A stretch of 64,000 nt of DNA from Acidobacteriota bacterium. Its GTDB lineage: Bacteria > Acidobacteriota > UBA890 > WLXD01. The position numbers and the translations under genes are program-made. The notes below the pieces were generated by a model. It had not been told where the DNA came from, made no database searches, and saw only the letters and a list, made by a program, of their open reading frames with translations. The DNA lies in the NCBI GenBank assembly GCA_963666215.2, contig CAXWPL010000004.1, positions 512,001 through 576,000 of the forward strand, in the 5' to 3' direction. The first letter of the stretch is position 1, and the number at the start of each line of letters is the position of its first letter. Positions 63,701 through 64,000 of the stretch are shown piece by piece.

Positions 63701-64000
63701 GCTCAAGAACTTCCTGTTTGACGACTACATCCAGCGGCACCGACGAGCAGAGGAACTGCTCAAGCTCCAGGAGTCCAAGACGCTCGAGTTCAAGTCGAGC
63801 CTGCGCTGGAACCTGAAACAAGACCGCAAGGACGACAAGCACGTCACCCACGCGGCGCTCAAGAGTATCGCCGCGTTCCTCAACACCGAGGGCGGCGACC
63901 TGCTGATCGGCGTGGACGACGACCGCAAGGTTGTCGGCATCGAGCATGACCGCCTCGACAGCGACGATAAGTTCATGCGGCACTTGGCCCAGGTCGTGCG
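60697..64000 (+). pseudogene. hsdR: Type I restriction endonuclease subunit R, two +1 frameshifts (~62070, ~63128), C-terminal Schlafen/AlbA_2 domain; runs off window
   Basis: ELKN, QHSAGSGKS, DEAHSSQ, FTATPK, KFQTGFDQP, QTLSRLNR; frame from 63129 reads ..ESKTLEFKSSLRW..SIAAFLNTEGGDLLIGVDDD. Confidence 0.88.

Noticed and set aside
1-64000. CRISPR array
   Set aside because: No regularly spaced 23-47 bp repeats with unique spacers and no cas genes; the repeats seen are short tandem units or iterons.

Overview
GC-rich bacterial chromosome segment. Multiple PadR + duplicated-permease (ADOP) loci, a VPS10/BNR-repeat protein and a Ser/Thr kinase-TolB fusion suggest Acidobacteriota (inference). Bases 1-44,100 are host-like: six ADOP permease copies or fragments, three PadR regulators, several hydrolases, acetolactate synthase, an aldehyde dehydrogenase, kbl, acetoacetate-CoA ligase, a VapBC-type toxin-antitoxin pair, an IS481 and a probable selenocysteine-containing methyltransferase. 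This part has many 5'-truncated gene relics and frameshifts. Beside tRNA-Arg(TCT) (44,118-44,191) starts an integrated phage-satellite-like element: tyrosine integrase, divergent XRE pair, excisionase, DnaB-N/AAA helicase fusion, iteron origin, terS and terL. A second nested module follows: AlpA, primase-helicase, its own iterons, a terL C-terminal relic and a tRNA-Leu(CAG) 3'-half att core split by an IS5. No portal, capsid or tail gene is visible, so this may be a 'packaging-motor-only' satellite type. Downstream is a defence-type cluster: an RlmJ-like methyltransferase, a TIGR02391/Ymh protein and a type I R-M operon whose frameshifted HsdR runs in frame into a C-terminal Schlafen/AlbA_2 domain at the window edge. 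All family calls come from motif recognition by eye; no database searches were run.
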